Shown piece by piece: positions 40,744 through 50,349 of a stretch of 64,000 bases of DNA. The notes under the pieces are model-generated. The model searched no databases, was not told the origin of the DNA, and was given only the letters and a program-made list of their open reading frames with translations. How positions within the stretch are numbered: the stretch's first letter is position 1; the number at the start of each line of letters is the position of its first letter. This DNA comes from an uncultured delta proteobacterium (lineage in GTDB: Bacteria; Desulfobacterota; Binatia; Binatales; Binataceae): positions 2,496,001-2,560,000 of the forward strand of contig CAWEEQ010000004.1 of assembly GCA_963808235.1 (NCBI GenBank), in the 5' to 3' direction. The position numbers were made by a program, and so were the translations under genes.

Positions 40744-42270
40744 TCATGGACGGATAGAAAAAGTCCAGTCGTACCGCTTTCCGTTGGCGGTCATCGAAAC
40801 GGCGTACCTGGCGCCCTGGTCGAGTGGCTTGCGCGGAACCACGACGACGGTGGCGTTGCTTCTCAAAACATTGCGTCCCAGTTGTTGTGAGTAAGCGTCG
40901 GGATTCGAGTAGCTAATCGAATCGAAACCGCATGCGTCGAGTGCGGTGCGGCTGCCGTCTGCATTTTCACGACTGACTGAGTATTCGCCAATATGAGTAT
41001 CCATGTCCGAACCGAGCTGAAGTGTAATAGCCAGTCCGCTAGGCGGTTCGTAGCCGGGGCAGCTGGTGAGAGGATCGGGCCATTCGTTGGCGAACGATCT
41101 CATCGCGATCGTCGCGCCGTCGGGCGGAAACTCGATCGGCGCGAGCGCAACATCGGAAGGAATTCTCCGCCGCGAGCCATTCAACAAGTTGAGACCCGCG
41201 GCGCAGGCTCCCGATTCGCAGAACATCCCGAAGCCGGCGCTTGCGAGCCGGGGATTGAGCAACGGCATGCGATGGAACGGTAACGACATCCATCCGTCGA
41301 TCGACCATTCGGGCGATCCCGGCGCGCGCTCCGCAGTCCATTCGTCAGGATCGGTCGCGCCGGCGCCGCCGGAGTCTTCCGAGCCGCGCGCCATGTACCA
41401 TACATCCATGACGCTGCCCCTGGCAGCTTTAAATCCCTCCGGCGTGAACCCGGGACTCGCGCGATCTTCAGTGTGCATCTCAGCGCCGAGACCGTCATGC
41501 TCGATCTTGTTGCGGTCATTCTTGACCAGATAAGTCGCGTGCGCGAGATCACCCTTGCTGAGCTCCGGGTCCTCGACTAGCGGCTGCAACTTGGCCATCG
41601 CTCGGTAGTAATTCACTCGCCGGAGCCAGCCGGGTTGGTCAGGCGGGGGAATCTCGGCCGGCGCCGGTGTTGAGTCTCCCTTCGCGACCAGATTGGTAGA
41701 TTTCGATTCGGCCGGGTTGGCGGACGGCTGCTTGGAATTGGCCACCGATGGCGCCGAACTCGGTTGACGGGTAGAAATCCACGCGACGATTGCCGACGAC
41801 GCGGGGCCAATCTCATTTCGATATCGAATTGCGGCGAATCCCAGGACGAACATCGCAGCCAGGAATATCAGCGTGCGCGTAAATCGTCCGGAGGACCGAG
41901 CCGGACTCAACACAGATGTGGCAGAATCAGTACCGGCGACGAAAGCATAGCGGGCAGAGCCGAATTTGATCTCGTCGCCGCGTTTGAGCGCGATCGGAGA
42001 TCGCACTCGTGCACCGTTGACGAACGTTCCGTTAGTTGATCCTAGATCGGCCAGTTCGAATTTTTCACGTTTGTGCGTAATGGTTGCGTGACGGCGCGAA
42101 ACGGTAGTGTCTTTGACGACGACATCGTTCGAGGGATGGCTGCCTATAGTAATGGTCGACTTATCGAGTTGGTATTCGCGCTGATCGGAACTGCCTATCG
42201 AAATGAGACGAGCTTTTGCAGTTGCAGAATCGCTTGAGTTGTCGCGTGTTGCATTCTGCTCGGACGCCAT
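40744..42270 (-). CDS. FHA domain + TM + CAP (SCP) domain protein
   Basis: IGS..ND..VSRRHA..DLGSTNGTFVNG FHA; TM; VNYYR..HATYL..WMSLPFHR. Confidence 0.85.
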   Translation of the reverse strand: MASEQNATRDNSSDSATAKARLISIGSSDQREYQLDKSTITIGSHPSNDVVVKDTTVSRRHATITHKREKFELADLGSTNGTFVNGARVRSPIALKRGDEIKFGSARYAFVAGTDSATSVLSPARSSGRFTRTLIFLAAMFVLGFAAIRYRNEIGPASSAIVAWISTRQPSSAPSVANSKQPSANPAESKSTNLVAKGDSTPAPAEIPPPDQPGWLRRVNYYRAMAKLQPLVEDPELSKGDLAHATYLVKNDRNKIEHDGLGAEMHTEDRASPGFTPEGFKAARGSVMDVWYMARGSEDSGGAGATDPDEWTAERAPGSPEWSIDGWMSLPFHRMPLLNPRLASAGFGMFCESGACAAGLNLLNGSRRRIPSDVALAPIEFPPDGATIAMRSFANEWPDPLTSCPGYEPPSGLAITLQLGSDMDTHIGEYSVSRENADGSRTALDACGFDSISYSNPDAYSQQLGRNVLRSNATVVVVPRKPLDQGARYAVSMTANGKRYDWTFSIRP

Positions 42271-42274
42271 CGGC

Positions 42275-43318
42275 TCAGCCCAGATTCCAGAAGCGGCCGA
42301 CGTTTTGCGACGCCCGCTCTATCATCGGCATCGCACGATCGCCGTCCTGGTCGATGTGAATCGGCTCGTCGGCGTCCCGTCCGAATTCATCGATCACAGC
42401 GCGCCCTGACTCCGCGATCGCTTCGAGGTCGTACCCGCCTTCGAGCGCGGCAACCATTTTTCCGTTGCAGCATTCAGCCGCAAGCCGTTTCACCCGCCGA
42501 GCCATCGCTGCAAAACCAGCCTCGGTCACGCGCATCTGCGCGAGCGGATCGCGAAAGTGGCAATCAAAACCGGCTGAAACGAGGATGAATTCGGGGTTGA
42601 AGTGCCGTCCGATTGGCATGATCAGCCGGTCGAAAACGCGGAGATATTCGCTGTCGCCGAACTCCGCGGGCATCGGCGCGTTGATCGTGAATCCGGTTCC
42701 CGCGCCGTATCCGATCTCGTGTAGCGAACCGGTGCCGGGGTAGTGCGGAAACTGATGGATTGAGGTGTAGAGCACTTCAGGCGATTCGTAGAACATTTCC
42801 TGCGAGCCGTTACCATGATGCACGTCCCAATCGACGATCATCACCCGCTTCAGGCCGCGCACTTTGACCAGCCACTCGGCCGCGATTGCCAGGTTGTTGA
42901 AAAAACAAAAACCCATCGCGCGATTTGCCAGGGCATGATGCCCGGGCGGACGGACGATCGCGAACGCATTGTCGGCGTCACCATCCATGACCGCCTCGAC
43001 GGCGGTGAGCACGCCACCTGACGCAAGCAGCGCAGTTTGATACGAGTCGCGCGAAGAGTGGGTGTCGAGATCGAAGTCGAAGCGATCCAGGGACGCGGTG
43101 CGCTCGACCTCCGCGATATACTCGGGGCGATGGCACAGTGCGATTTCGTTGGCGGTCGCCTCGCGCGGGGTGAGGAATTTGAGATCGGGGCGGCTGAGCG
43201 ACTCCGCCATCTCGATCATCGCCTCGATTCGCTGGGGTCGCTCGGGATGCGCGCGGCCGGCAAAGTGTTTCAGGTAGCGGCGGTCGCTGACCAGCGCGGT
43301 CTTAAGCATCGTTGACAC
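42275..43318 (-). CDS. Histone deacetylase family protein
   Basis: HPE.P.R, RPPGHHA, GFCFFNN, DWDVHHGNG, SAGFD, LEGGY. Confidence 0.95.
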   Translation of the reverse strand: MSTMLKTALVSDRRYLKHFAGRAHPERPQRIEAMIEMAESLSRPDLKFLTPREATANEIALCHRPEYIAEVERTASLDRFDFDLDTHSSRDSYQTALLASGGVLTAVEAVMDGDADNAFAIVRPPGHHALANRAMGFCFFNNLAIAAEWLVKVRGLKRVMIVDWDVHHGNGSQEMFYESPEVLYTSIHQFPHYPGTGSLHEIGYGAGTGFTINAPMPAEFGDSEYLRVFDRLIMPIGRHFNPEFILVSAGFDCHFRDPLAQMRVTEAGFAAMARRVKRLAAECCNGKMVAALEGGYDLEAIAESGRAVIDEFGRDADEPIHIDQDGDRAMPMIERASQNVGRFWNLG

Positions 43319-43442
43319 TCCGGACCCTTATGATGATTAACTGACATGGAGAAGGCGCGGGGAATTTTCGGTCACCTCGAGAAGTCACCACAATTGAGTG
43401 ACGAGCGGATGAGTGGCGAATGGACCCGGCGATCATCGAAGC

Positions 43443-43682
43443 TTGAATCCATTTGAAATAATACTGATTCTCGCGGTCGCGCTGATTGTAATCGGACCGG
43501 AACGCCTGCCCGAAGTTATGCGCGCCACGGGGAAAGTGTTGCGAGAGTTGCGCCTGGCCAGTAACACAGTTCTCCACGAGCTTACCGAAGTGCTCGACGA
43601 GCCGCCCCCAAAAGTAGCACCGCCTCCCACACCGACGACAGAAAAGTCCGGGCCGTCCACCGGGTCGCCCGACAAACCATAG
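43443..43682 (+). CDS. tatB: Twin-arginine translocase TatA/TatB subunit
   Basis: EIILILAVALIVIGPERLP; TTG start; precedes tatC. Confidence 0.85.
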   Translation: MNPFEIILILAVALIVIGPERLPEVMRATGKVLRELRLASNTVLHELTEVLDEPPPKVAPPPTPTTEKSGPSTGSPDKP

Positions 43683-43708
43683 CCGGCCATTCCAAAATAT
43701 TCCGCATC

Positions 43709-44521
43709 GTGACTAGCGAGGATATCACACCGCCAGCGCCCATCGAGGAGACGCCGGAGCAGGCGCGGATGTCGCTGATGGAGCATCTGCAGGAACTGCG
43801 GAAGCGGCTGATTCGCGCATTCATCGCCATCGGGATCGGCTTCGCTATCGCATATGCGTTCGCGGATCCTCTGTTCCAGGCGCTGACCTGGCCGATTCGG
43901 GATGTCTCCGGTGGCAAGGTGATGCTGATCGGCACTGGAGTGGCCGAAGCGTTCTACACCAAGATCAAGGTGGCGCTGATCGCAGGGTTATTTCTCGCGA
44001 GTCCGGCGGTCTTTTACGAAATCTGGAAATTCGTCGCGCCCGGACTATACGAGAAAGAGCGCCGGATGGCGAAGCCATTCGTATTTTTCGCGACGGTCTT
44101 TTTCGCACTCGGCGGATATTTCTGTTGGGCGGTGGTCTTCAAGATCGGCTACGCATTTTTTCTGAATCAATACGCGAGCATCGGCGTCACCCCACGATTC
44201 GAATCAGCGAATACCTGACGTTCTCGTCCAAGCTGCTGCTCGCTTTCGCGACTCACATTCGAGATGCCGATTTTCGCATTCTTTTTCACCAAGCTCGGGA
44301 TGATCGACTATAAGATGATGATCAGCTACGTGCGCTATGCGATCCTCGCGATCTTCATGGTCTCCGCCGCTCTGACCCCGCCTGACATGATTTCGCAGTT
44401 CCTGCTCGCGATTCCGCTGCTGCTGCTCTATGCGCTGAGCGTCGGCGTCGCGTGGACGTTCCGGTTGAAGCCGGAGAACGAGCTGGTGCCCGCCGTTTCC
44501 AAACCGTCCGGGACGCCTTGA
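43709..44521 (+). CDS. tatC: Twin-arginine translocase TatC, with two compensating indels (about 44192 and 44249)
   Basis: MSLMEHLQELRKRL, YEIWKFVAPGLY, FEMP, TPPD..SQ. Confidence 0.9.
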
Positions 44522-44542
44522 CGATGAAAGGGAGCTAAGAGT

Positions 44543-46942
44543 ATGGCGATAATCCTGAACTCTCCAGCCGCCACCGGCGCTCCCGGAATCGATCCGCGAT
44601 GGACCCGTAGCGCCAAGGACGCGATTTGCACCGCCTACTCGTCGGTCAGCCGCATATGGTTCACCGTTTCCGCGGGCGTGCTGAACGAGATCTATTTCCC
44701 CACCATCGATCAACCTCAAGTGCGCGATATGCAGTTCCTGATAACCGACGGCGAGACTTTCTTTCACGAGGAGCGGCGCCATCTCGATTCGACCACCGAG
44801 TACCTGGACAAACATGGTCTGGGCGTGCGAATCGTCGGCAATTCGCCGGACGGCCGCTATCGACTGATCAAGGAGATCGTCACCGATCCGCATCAGCCGA
44901 CCCTGCTGATCAATACCCGCCTCGAAGGCGACGCCGAGTTGCTCAAGAAGCTGCATCTGTACGTCTTGCTGGCGCCGCATCTGAACGTCGGCGGATGGGG
45001 CAACGACGGCAACGTGACGCAAATAGTCGGGCATGAGTTTCTGACCGCGCACAAAGATGGCGTCTGGCTGGCGCTCGGATGCACCACCAAGTTTCTGAGG
45101 ACTTCATGCGGATACGTCGGGAGCACCGACGGATGGCAGGACATCAGCGCCAACCTGAAGATGGACTATGAGTTCAGAGCCGCGACCAACGGGAATATCG
45201 CGCTGACCGGCGAGATCGATCTGCGCAAGGGATACGCGTTCACGGTCGGAGTTGCCTTCGGCCGCGAACTGAACCGCGCCGTGACGACTCTGTTTCAATC
45301 CATGGCCAATTCCTTCGTCGAACATCGCACCCGCTTCACGGAACAGTGGGAGCGAGCCTGCCACCATTTCCATCCGCTCGAGAAATGGTCCTCAGACGGC
45401 GGCGCCCTCTACGGCCGCAGCTGCGAACTCCTGCTCGCGCATGAAGACAAAACTTATCCCGGAGCGATCATCGCCTCGCTCAGCATCCCCTGGGGCGAGG
45501 CCAAGGGCGACGAAGATCTCGGGGGCTACCACCTGGTGTGGACCCGCGACATGGTCAACAGCGTGACCGGGCTGGCCGCATCGGGCGACTTGAGCACCGC
45601 GCTCCGCGCCTTGATCTACCTGGTCTGCGCGCAGCGGGCGGACGGAGGGTTCCCGCAGAACTTCTGGATCGACGGGCAGCCGTACTGGAATGGAATTCAG
45701 CTCGACGAAGTTTCATTTCCAATCACGCTTGCGTGGCGGCTGCACAAGGAAGACGCGCTCAAAGGTTTCGATCCGTATCCGATGGTGCGGCTGGCGGCGC
45801 GCTTCCTGATCGAAAACGGTCCCGCGACGCCGCAAGAGCGATGGGAAGAAAATGCCGGCTATTCGCCGTCGACGCTCGCCGCGAATATCTCGGGATTGAT
45901 TTGCGCCGCGTGCTTCGCGCGCAATCGCGGCGACCTGGCAACCGCGCAATTTCTCGAGGAGTACGCCGATTTTCTCGAAGCGCATATCGAAGCCTGGACG
46001 GTTACAACCCAAGGCTTCCTGGTCCCCGGAATCAAGCGGCACTACGTGCGAATAAATCCAACCGACATGAGCAATTCCGATCCTCAGGACAGCCTCGATG
46101 GCAAAGTCGTGAACATTCGCAATCGTCCGCCCGGAGCCTCATACGAATTTCCGGTCGCGGAAATTGTGGACGGTGGATTTCTTGAACTGGTGCGCTACGG
46201 AATTCGCAAAGCGGGCGCTCCGTTGATGGAAGACTCGTTGCGAGTGATCGATGCCGTTCTCAAAACCGACTTTCCCGCAGGTCCTTGTTGGAGACGCTAT
46301 ACGCACGACGGCTACGGGCAGCGCGACGACGGCGGTCCGTTCATCGGATGGGGCCGCGGACGTCCGTGGCCCTTGCTGACCGGAGAGCGTGGACACTACG
46401 AACTCGCGGCGGGGCGCGATCCGCGTCGCTACCTGGCCGCGATGGAGCGGTTTGCGAACTCAACCCAGTTGCTGCCCGAGCAGATCTGGGATCAACCGGA
46501 CATCCCGCGTGCGCTGCTGAAGTACGGATATCAGACCGGAAGCGCGACGCCGCTGATGTGGGCACACGCCGAATATATCAAGCTGTTGCGTTCGACCTCG
46601 GAAGGCCGCGTGTTCGACATGATCGAAGAAGTCAGCGACCGCTACATGAAGCCGGGCCGAAAGCCGAGCCGCCTCCGGGTATGGAAGTCCAACCGCCACG
46701 TGAGCTCAGTGTTTGCGGGCGAGCGATTGCGCATCCAGGCGAGCCAGCAGTTTACGTTGCACTGGTCGAAGGACGAATGGCAGCACGTAAATGATACCGC
46801 GTCGAACTCGACGCCGATCGGGTTCGACTACGTGGATATCGATACCGCAGCGTCCGATCGCGCACCGATTCGATTTACCTTCTACTGGCGCGAGACCGCG
46901 AATTGGGAAGGCCGAGACTACCCGGTGCAGATCGTGCGGTGA
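44543..46942 (+). CDS. Glucoamylase / glucan 1,4-alpha-glucosidase (GH15)
   Basis: IASLSIPWG, YHLVWTRD, QLDE, ERWEE, PLMWAHAEY. Confidence 0.92.
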   Translation: MAIILNSPAATGAPGIDPRWTRSAKDAICTAYSSVSRIWFTVSAGVLNEIYFPTIDQPQVRDMQFLITDGETFFHEERRHLDSTTEYLDKHGLGVRIVGNSPDGRYRLIKEIVTDPHQPTLLINTRLEGDAELLKKLHLYVLLAPHLNVGGWGNDGNVTQIVGHEFLTAHKDGVWLALGCTTKFLRTSCGYVGSTDGWQDISANLKMDYEFRAATNGNIALTGEIDLRKGYAFTVGVAFGRELNRAVTTLFQSMANSFVEHRTRFTEQWERACHHFHPLEKWSSDGGALYGRSCELLLAHEDKTYPGAIIASLSIPWGEAKGDEDLGGYHLVWTRDMVNSVTGLAASGDLSTALRALIYLVCAQRADGGFPQNFWIDGQPYWNGIQLDEVSFPITLAWRLHKEDALKGFDPYPMVRLAARFLIENGPATPQERWEENAGYSPSTLAANISGLICAACFARNRGDLATAQFLEEYADFLEAHIEAWTVTTQGFLVPGIKRHYVRINPTDMSNSDPQDSLDGKVVNIRNRPPGASYEFPVAEIVDGGFLELVRYGIRKAGAPLMEDSLRVIDAVLKTDFPAGPCWRRYTHDGYGQRDDGGPFIGWGRGRPWPLLTGERGHYELAAGRDPRRYLAAMERFANSTQLLPEQIWDQPDIPRALLKYGYQTGSATPLMWAHAEYIKLLRSTSEGRVFDMIEEVSDRYMKPGRKPSRLRVWKSNRHVSSVFAGERLRIQASQQFTLHWSKDEWQHVNDTASNSTPIGFDYVDIDTAASDRAPIRFTFYWRETANWEGRDYPVQIVR

Positions 46943-47075
46943 GTGAGGAAGCGTTGTCGAATTAATCAATAGGATCGAAGAAAGTTCGCGACGGCACACT
47001 GAGAGCATAAACGATCGTTTAGCATTCGTAACCCAACAATTTTCGCTGCCGTACTTATCTAAGGAGGTTTCAACT

Positions 47076-47300
47076 ATGAAACTCGGGAGAATTACGGCAA
47101 CAGCTCTTTTTGCTTTCACGATGGCGATGCCAGGCATTACCGGAGCAGACGTCGGAAATGTAAAGCCGCAGACTCCGCCACCGGCGATTCAGCAGACGGC
47201 GTTCGCGCCTCAGTCGCTGACGACCCTCGCGTGGTACCGTCGACCCTGGGCCTGCGGCAATCCGCACTTCCGGCATCATCACTGGTGGCTCTGCCACTAA
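47076..47300 (+). CDS. Small secreted peptide with Trp/His/Cys-rich C-terminus
   Basis: Strong RBS TAAGGAGG; signal peptide; ends WYRRPWACGNPHFRHHHWWLCH. Confidence 0.7.
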   Translation: MKLGRITATALFAFTMAMPGITGADVGNVKPQTPPPAIQQTAFAPQSLTTLAWYRRPWACGNPHFRHHHWWLCH

Positions 47301-47388
47301 CGCGATTGCGACGCGGCCGGTATCGCTCGGCTCGATTGAGCGCCGTTAGAAAACAGCAGGCGTCGAGGCTTGCTCTTTCAACGGCGCG

Positions 47389-47619
47389 TTAACCGAGCCG
47401 GCGGATCGAGAACTGCGTGGTCAATGAATCGAGCAGCCGCTCGACTTCTTCGCGCGAATCCGCGGAAAAGTAAATGCGCAGATGATGTTGATGCGGGTCT
47501 TCGGTCCTTAGCGTCGCGATATTGTCGTAAGACTCGACGATCGATTTGAACAGCACGATCTGTTCGGGCGCGATCGCGATCAGCATCGAGTCTATCTTCG
47601 GTGGTTCGGCCGAATTCAC
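47389..47619 (-). CDS. DUF4911-like small protein
   Basis: I..FKSIVESYDNIATLRT.D. Confidence 0.65.
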   Translation of the reverse strand: MNSAEPPKIDSMLIAIAPEQIVLFKSIVESYDNIATLRTEDPHQHHLRIYFSADSREEVERLLDSLTTQFSIRRLG

Positions 47620-47682
47620 CGCAACCTCATTGTCGGGCTTTCATGGTTTACTGGATCGCCCGCGACACCTACATTCTAGCCG

Positions 47683-48567
47683 ATGAGCCTGCCGCGGGTC
47701 TTGTTCGTAACCGGCAAGGGCGGCACCGGCAAGAGCACGGTAGCGGCATCGATTGCGCTGGCATGCTCGCGCCGGCGGCCAACGATTCTTGCCGATCTCG
47801 ATCACCGGCTCTCGGCCGCCACCCTGCTTGGCGTGACGCCGGCCGACGGAACGTTCGCGAAGGTCACCAATTCGCTTGAGGTCGTCGCGCTTGGCGCTCG
47901 CGCGGAGCTCGACGCATTCATCGGACGAATCGTTCCGATCCGCGCCATCTCGCGCCGGATGCTGCGCAGCCGCACCTTCGGCTACGTGACTGCCGCGCTG
48001 CCGGGCCTGGAGGCCTTCCTGCTGCTCGAGCGTCTCCGAATTATGGCGGGCGATGCGGCGCTCAATGATCGCTACCTGGTGATCGATGCTCCCGCTTCGG
48101 GCAGCGCCGTTGAATTACTCTCAGTCGCTGTGGGCGTGAAGAATATCTCACCGGCCGGAACGCTCAACCGGCTGGCCGACTCGGTCGCCGCGTTTCTCGC
48201 CGATCCAACACGATTCGGAGCGATCATCACAGTCACTCCCGAGGAACTTGCGCTACGCGAGGCGCTGGAAACCGAGGCCTCGATGCGCGAGCGGCTTTCC
48301 ATTGTGACGATCGCCGCGATCGTGAATCGGGTTCCCGATTTGCTATTCGATACCGCCGAGCTTGCCGCGTTGAGTCCGTTACGCAGCCATGCGCGGTTGG
48401 CAATAAGGCGAACCGCGGCGCAAGAAGCTGCATCGGATGGCGTGCGCCGACTCCAGAAGGCGGGGATCGCAACCGTCAATTTGCCAATGATGTTCACGCC
48501 GGCGATGGGTCTCGAGGAAGTCGAGCAGCTCGGCCAAATCCTGACGGCGGAGTTGCTCGAGCGATGA
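47683..48567 (+). CDS. ArsA/Get3-like ATPase, subunit 1
   Basis: GKGGTGKST, PGLE, IDAPASG, VTPEE. Confidence 0.85.
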   Translation: MSLPRVLFVTGKGGTGKSTVAASIALACSRRRPTILADLDHRLSAATLLGVTPADGTFAKVTNSLEVVALGARAELDAFIGRIVPIRAISRRMLRSRTFGYVTAALPGLEAFLLLERLRIMAGDAALNDRYLVIDAPASGSAVELLSVAVGVKNISPAGTLNRLADSVAAFLADPTRFGAIITVTPEELALREALETEASMRERLSIVTIAAIVNRVPDLLFDTAELAALSPLRSHARLAIRRTAAQEAASDGVRRLQKAGIATVNLPMMFTPAMGLEEVEQLGQILTAELLER

Positions 48568-49685
48568 CGTCGAAGACGCACCGGCCCGGATCTATCGATC
48601 TGAAGGCGCTGCGGCTGCTCGTTTGCGTGGGCCCCGGCGGCGTCGGCAAGACAACTATGAGCGCCGCATTTGCGGTGCAGGCGGCCTCGCTCGGACGCGC
48701 GGTGGACGTGATGACCGTGGATCCTGCGCCTCGCTTGCTCGACGCGCTTGGCCTCGGCGCGGACTGTGCGGAGCCGGTCGAGGTGAGCTTGGAAGGTCTC
48801 CACTCACGCCGAATCAAATCGCGGCGTGCGCGTTTGCGCGCGCTTCGACTCGACCCGAAAGGGACCTTCGACTCGATCATAAGACGCTACGCACCGTCCG
48901 ACGCGGCTCGCGACGCAATTCTTGAAAACCGAATTTACCGAAATCTCTCCAATGCGTTGGCGGGCGTCGGCGATTACATGGCGATGGAAAAGTTGCTCGA
49001 GCTCGCGTCCAATCCGGGCACCGACATGGTTGTGCTCGACACTCCGCCCGCGGCCGAGGCGATCGATTTTCTGGACGCGCCAAGGCGCCTGCTCGAACTC
49101 CTGAACTCGCGCGCGATAAGTCTGCTCGGTGCGCCCGGCGGAATTTTCCGGAGCCGATTGCGGGTGGTCGATATCGCGGCGCGCGCCGTGCTCTCGGCGT
49201 TCGATCGCGTTACCGGTCTGAATCTGCTGCGCGATGTTCAGGCATTCGTCGGAAGCTTCGACGGCATGTACGAGGGCTTCGCCGCGCGAGCGGCCGCGGC
49301 GCAGGAGAAACTTCGCGCGCTGGACTCGGCAATTGCGATCGTGACGACTGCGGAAGCCAGCCGGATCGCACAAGCGCGCGAATTTATCGAGGCGCTGGAG
49401 CGCGCGGATCTGCGCGTCGCCGCGGTGATCGTGAATCGCGCGATGGAAGAGATGCCGGATGGCGCGGAGGTATCGCAGGCAAAGATTCCCGCCGCGCTCA
49501 AGAAAAAACTGAAGCGAAATCTCGCCGACTTTTGCGCTCTGAAGACTCGCGAGGAAAGTTCGCTGCACGCGCTTCGGGAGTCGCTGCCCAAGGGAGCGAT
49601 CCTGATGGTCGCCCCAGACTTTGGCCGCGAGCCGCTCTCGATAGCCGACCTGGCCGAGGTCGGGCGCAGCTTACGGCCGCGATGA
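48564..49685 (+). CDS. ArsA/Get3-like ATPase, subunit 2
   Basis: GPGGVGKTT, TVDPAPRL, YMAMEKL, LDTPP; 4-bp overlap with subunit 1. Confidence 0.88.
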   Translation: MTSKTHRPGSIDLKALRLLVCVGPGGVGKTTMSAAFAVQAASLGRAVDVMTVDPAPRLLDALGLGADCAEPVEVSLEGLHSRRIKSRRARLRALRLDPKGTFDSIIRRYAPSDAARDAILENRIYRNLSNALAGVGDYMAMEKLLELASNPGTDMVVLDTPPAAEAIDFLDAPRRLLELLNSRAISLLGAPGGIFRSRLRVVDIAARAVLSAFDRVTGLNLLRDVQAFVGSFDGMYEGFAARAAAAQEKLRALDSAIAIVTTAEASRIAQAREFIEALERADLRVAAVIVNRAMEEMPDGAEVSQAKIPAALKKKLKRNLADFCALKTREESSLHALRESLPKGAILMVAPDFGREPLSIADLAEVGRSLRPR

Positions 49686-50024
49686 CCCGCCCGATTTTTT
49701 CGCGCGCCGGACGTTCGGCTTCGACGCGACCGGATCGAGCAGGCGGTCGAGCTTGATGCTAAGGTTCAGTAGTTGCGAGCTCAGATGATCGAGGCGCGCC
49801 TTCAAGTCGCGAACGTCGCGCTTGGACGGTATATTGACGAAGTCCAGCACTTGCTCGACGTTGCGATCGAACGACTGCTTGTTGGACATGAAACGCTCGC
49901 CGGCGCGGCCGAAGCTCGAGCGCATCTTGTCGTTGGAGAGTAGCTCGTTGAAGAAGCTTGCGATGCCCTCTTCACTCATCTGCCGCAGCTTACTCATCAG
50001 GTTGTCGTCGTCGCGGCGCGCCAT
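49671..50024 (-). CDS. Phasin/PhaF-like helical protein
   Basis: NIPSKRDVRDLKARLDHLS motif typical of PHA-granule-associated proteins; basic tail. Confidence 0.55.
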   Translation of the reverse strand: MARRDDDNLMSKLRQMSEEGIASFFNELLSNDKMRSSFGRAGERFMSNKQSFDRNVEQVLDFVNIPSKRDVRDLKARLDHLSSQLLNLSIKLDRLLDPVASKPNVRRAKKSGGSSRP

Positions 50025-50064
50025 CGCTTTCAACTATATATAGGGTTCCGAGCCACGCAAACCG

Positions 50065-50349
50065 ATGAGCACTATCGCAAGCCTGCTTAGCCTCGCGTCC
50101 GGTTTTGCCCTGATGGGATACCGCATGACGCCCGCGAACTTGATCGCGACTTCGGTGGTGATCGATCTGGCGCTCGCGCCGCTCACTGCGATCATCGCCT
50201 CGCGCCGCGGGCGCTCCGCCACGCGATGGTTGATCGGCGGCCTCGCACTGGGCGCGTGGGCGCTGGCCGCGGTGATGATCCTGCCGGCGAGCGACCCTGC
50301 TCCGCCGAGTCCACCGGCGCCGATCCCGCCTACTTCTGATGCTGCTTGA
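50065..50349 (+). CDS. Small membrane protein
   Basis: Hydrophobic; IASRRGRS..W..G..LG. Confidence 0.55.
   Translation: MSTIASLLSLASGFALMGYRMTPANLIATSVVIDLALAPLTAIIASRRGRSATRWLIGGLALGAWALAAVMILPASDPAPPSPPAPIPPTSDAA

Noticed and set aside
44190-44250. Programmed frameshifting or true pseudogenisation of tatC
   Set aside because: No slippery heptamer; two compensating indels in a core gene alongside five similar cases point to sequence error.
44543-46942. Glucoamylase as a Tat substrate because it follows tatC
   Set aside because: No twin-arginine or other signal peptide at the N-terminus.
47683-49685. Arsenic resistance operon
   Set aside because: No arsB/acr3, arsC, arsD or arsR, and no evident metalloid-binding Cys cluster.
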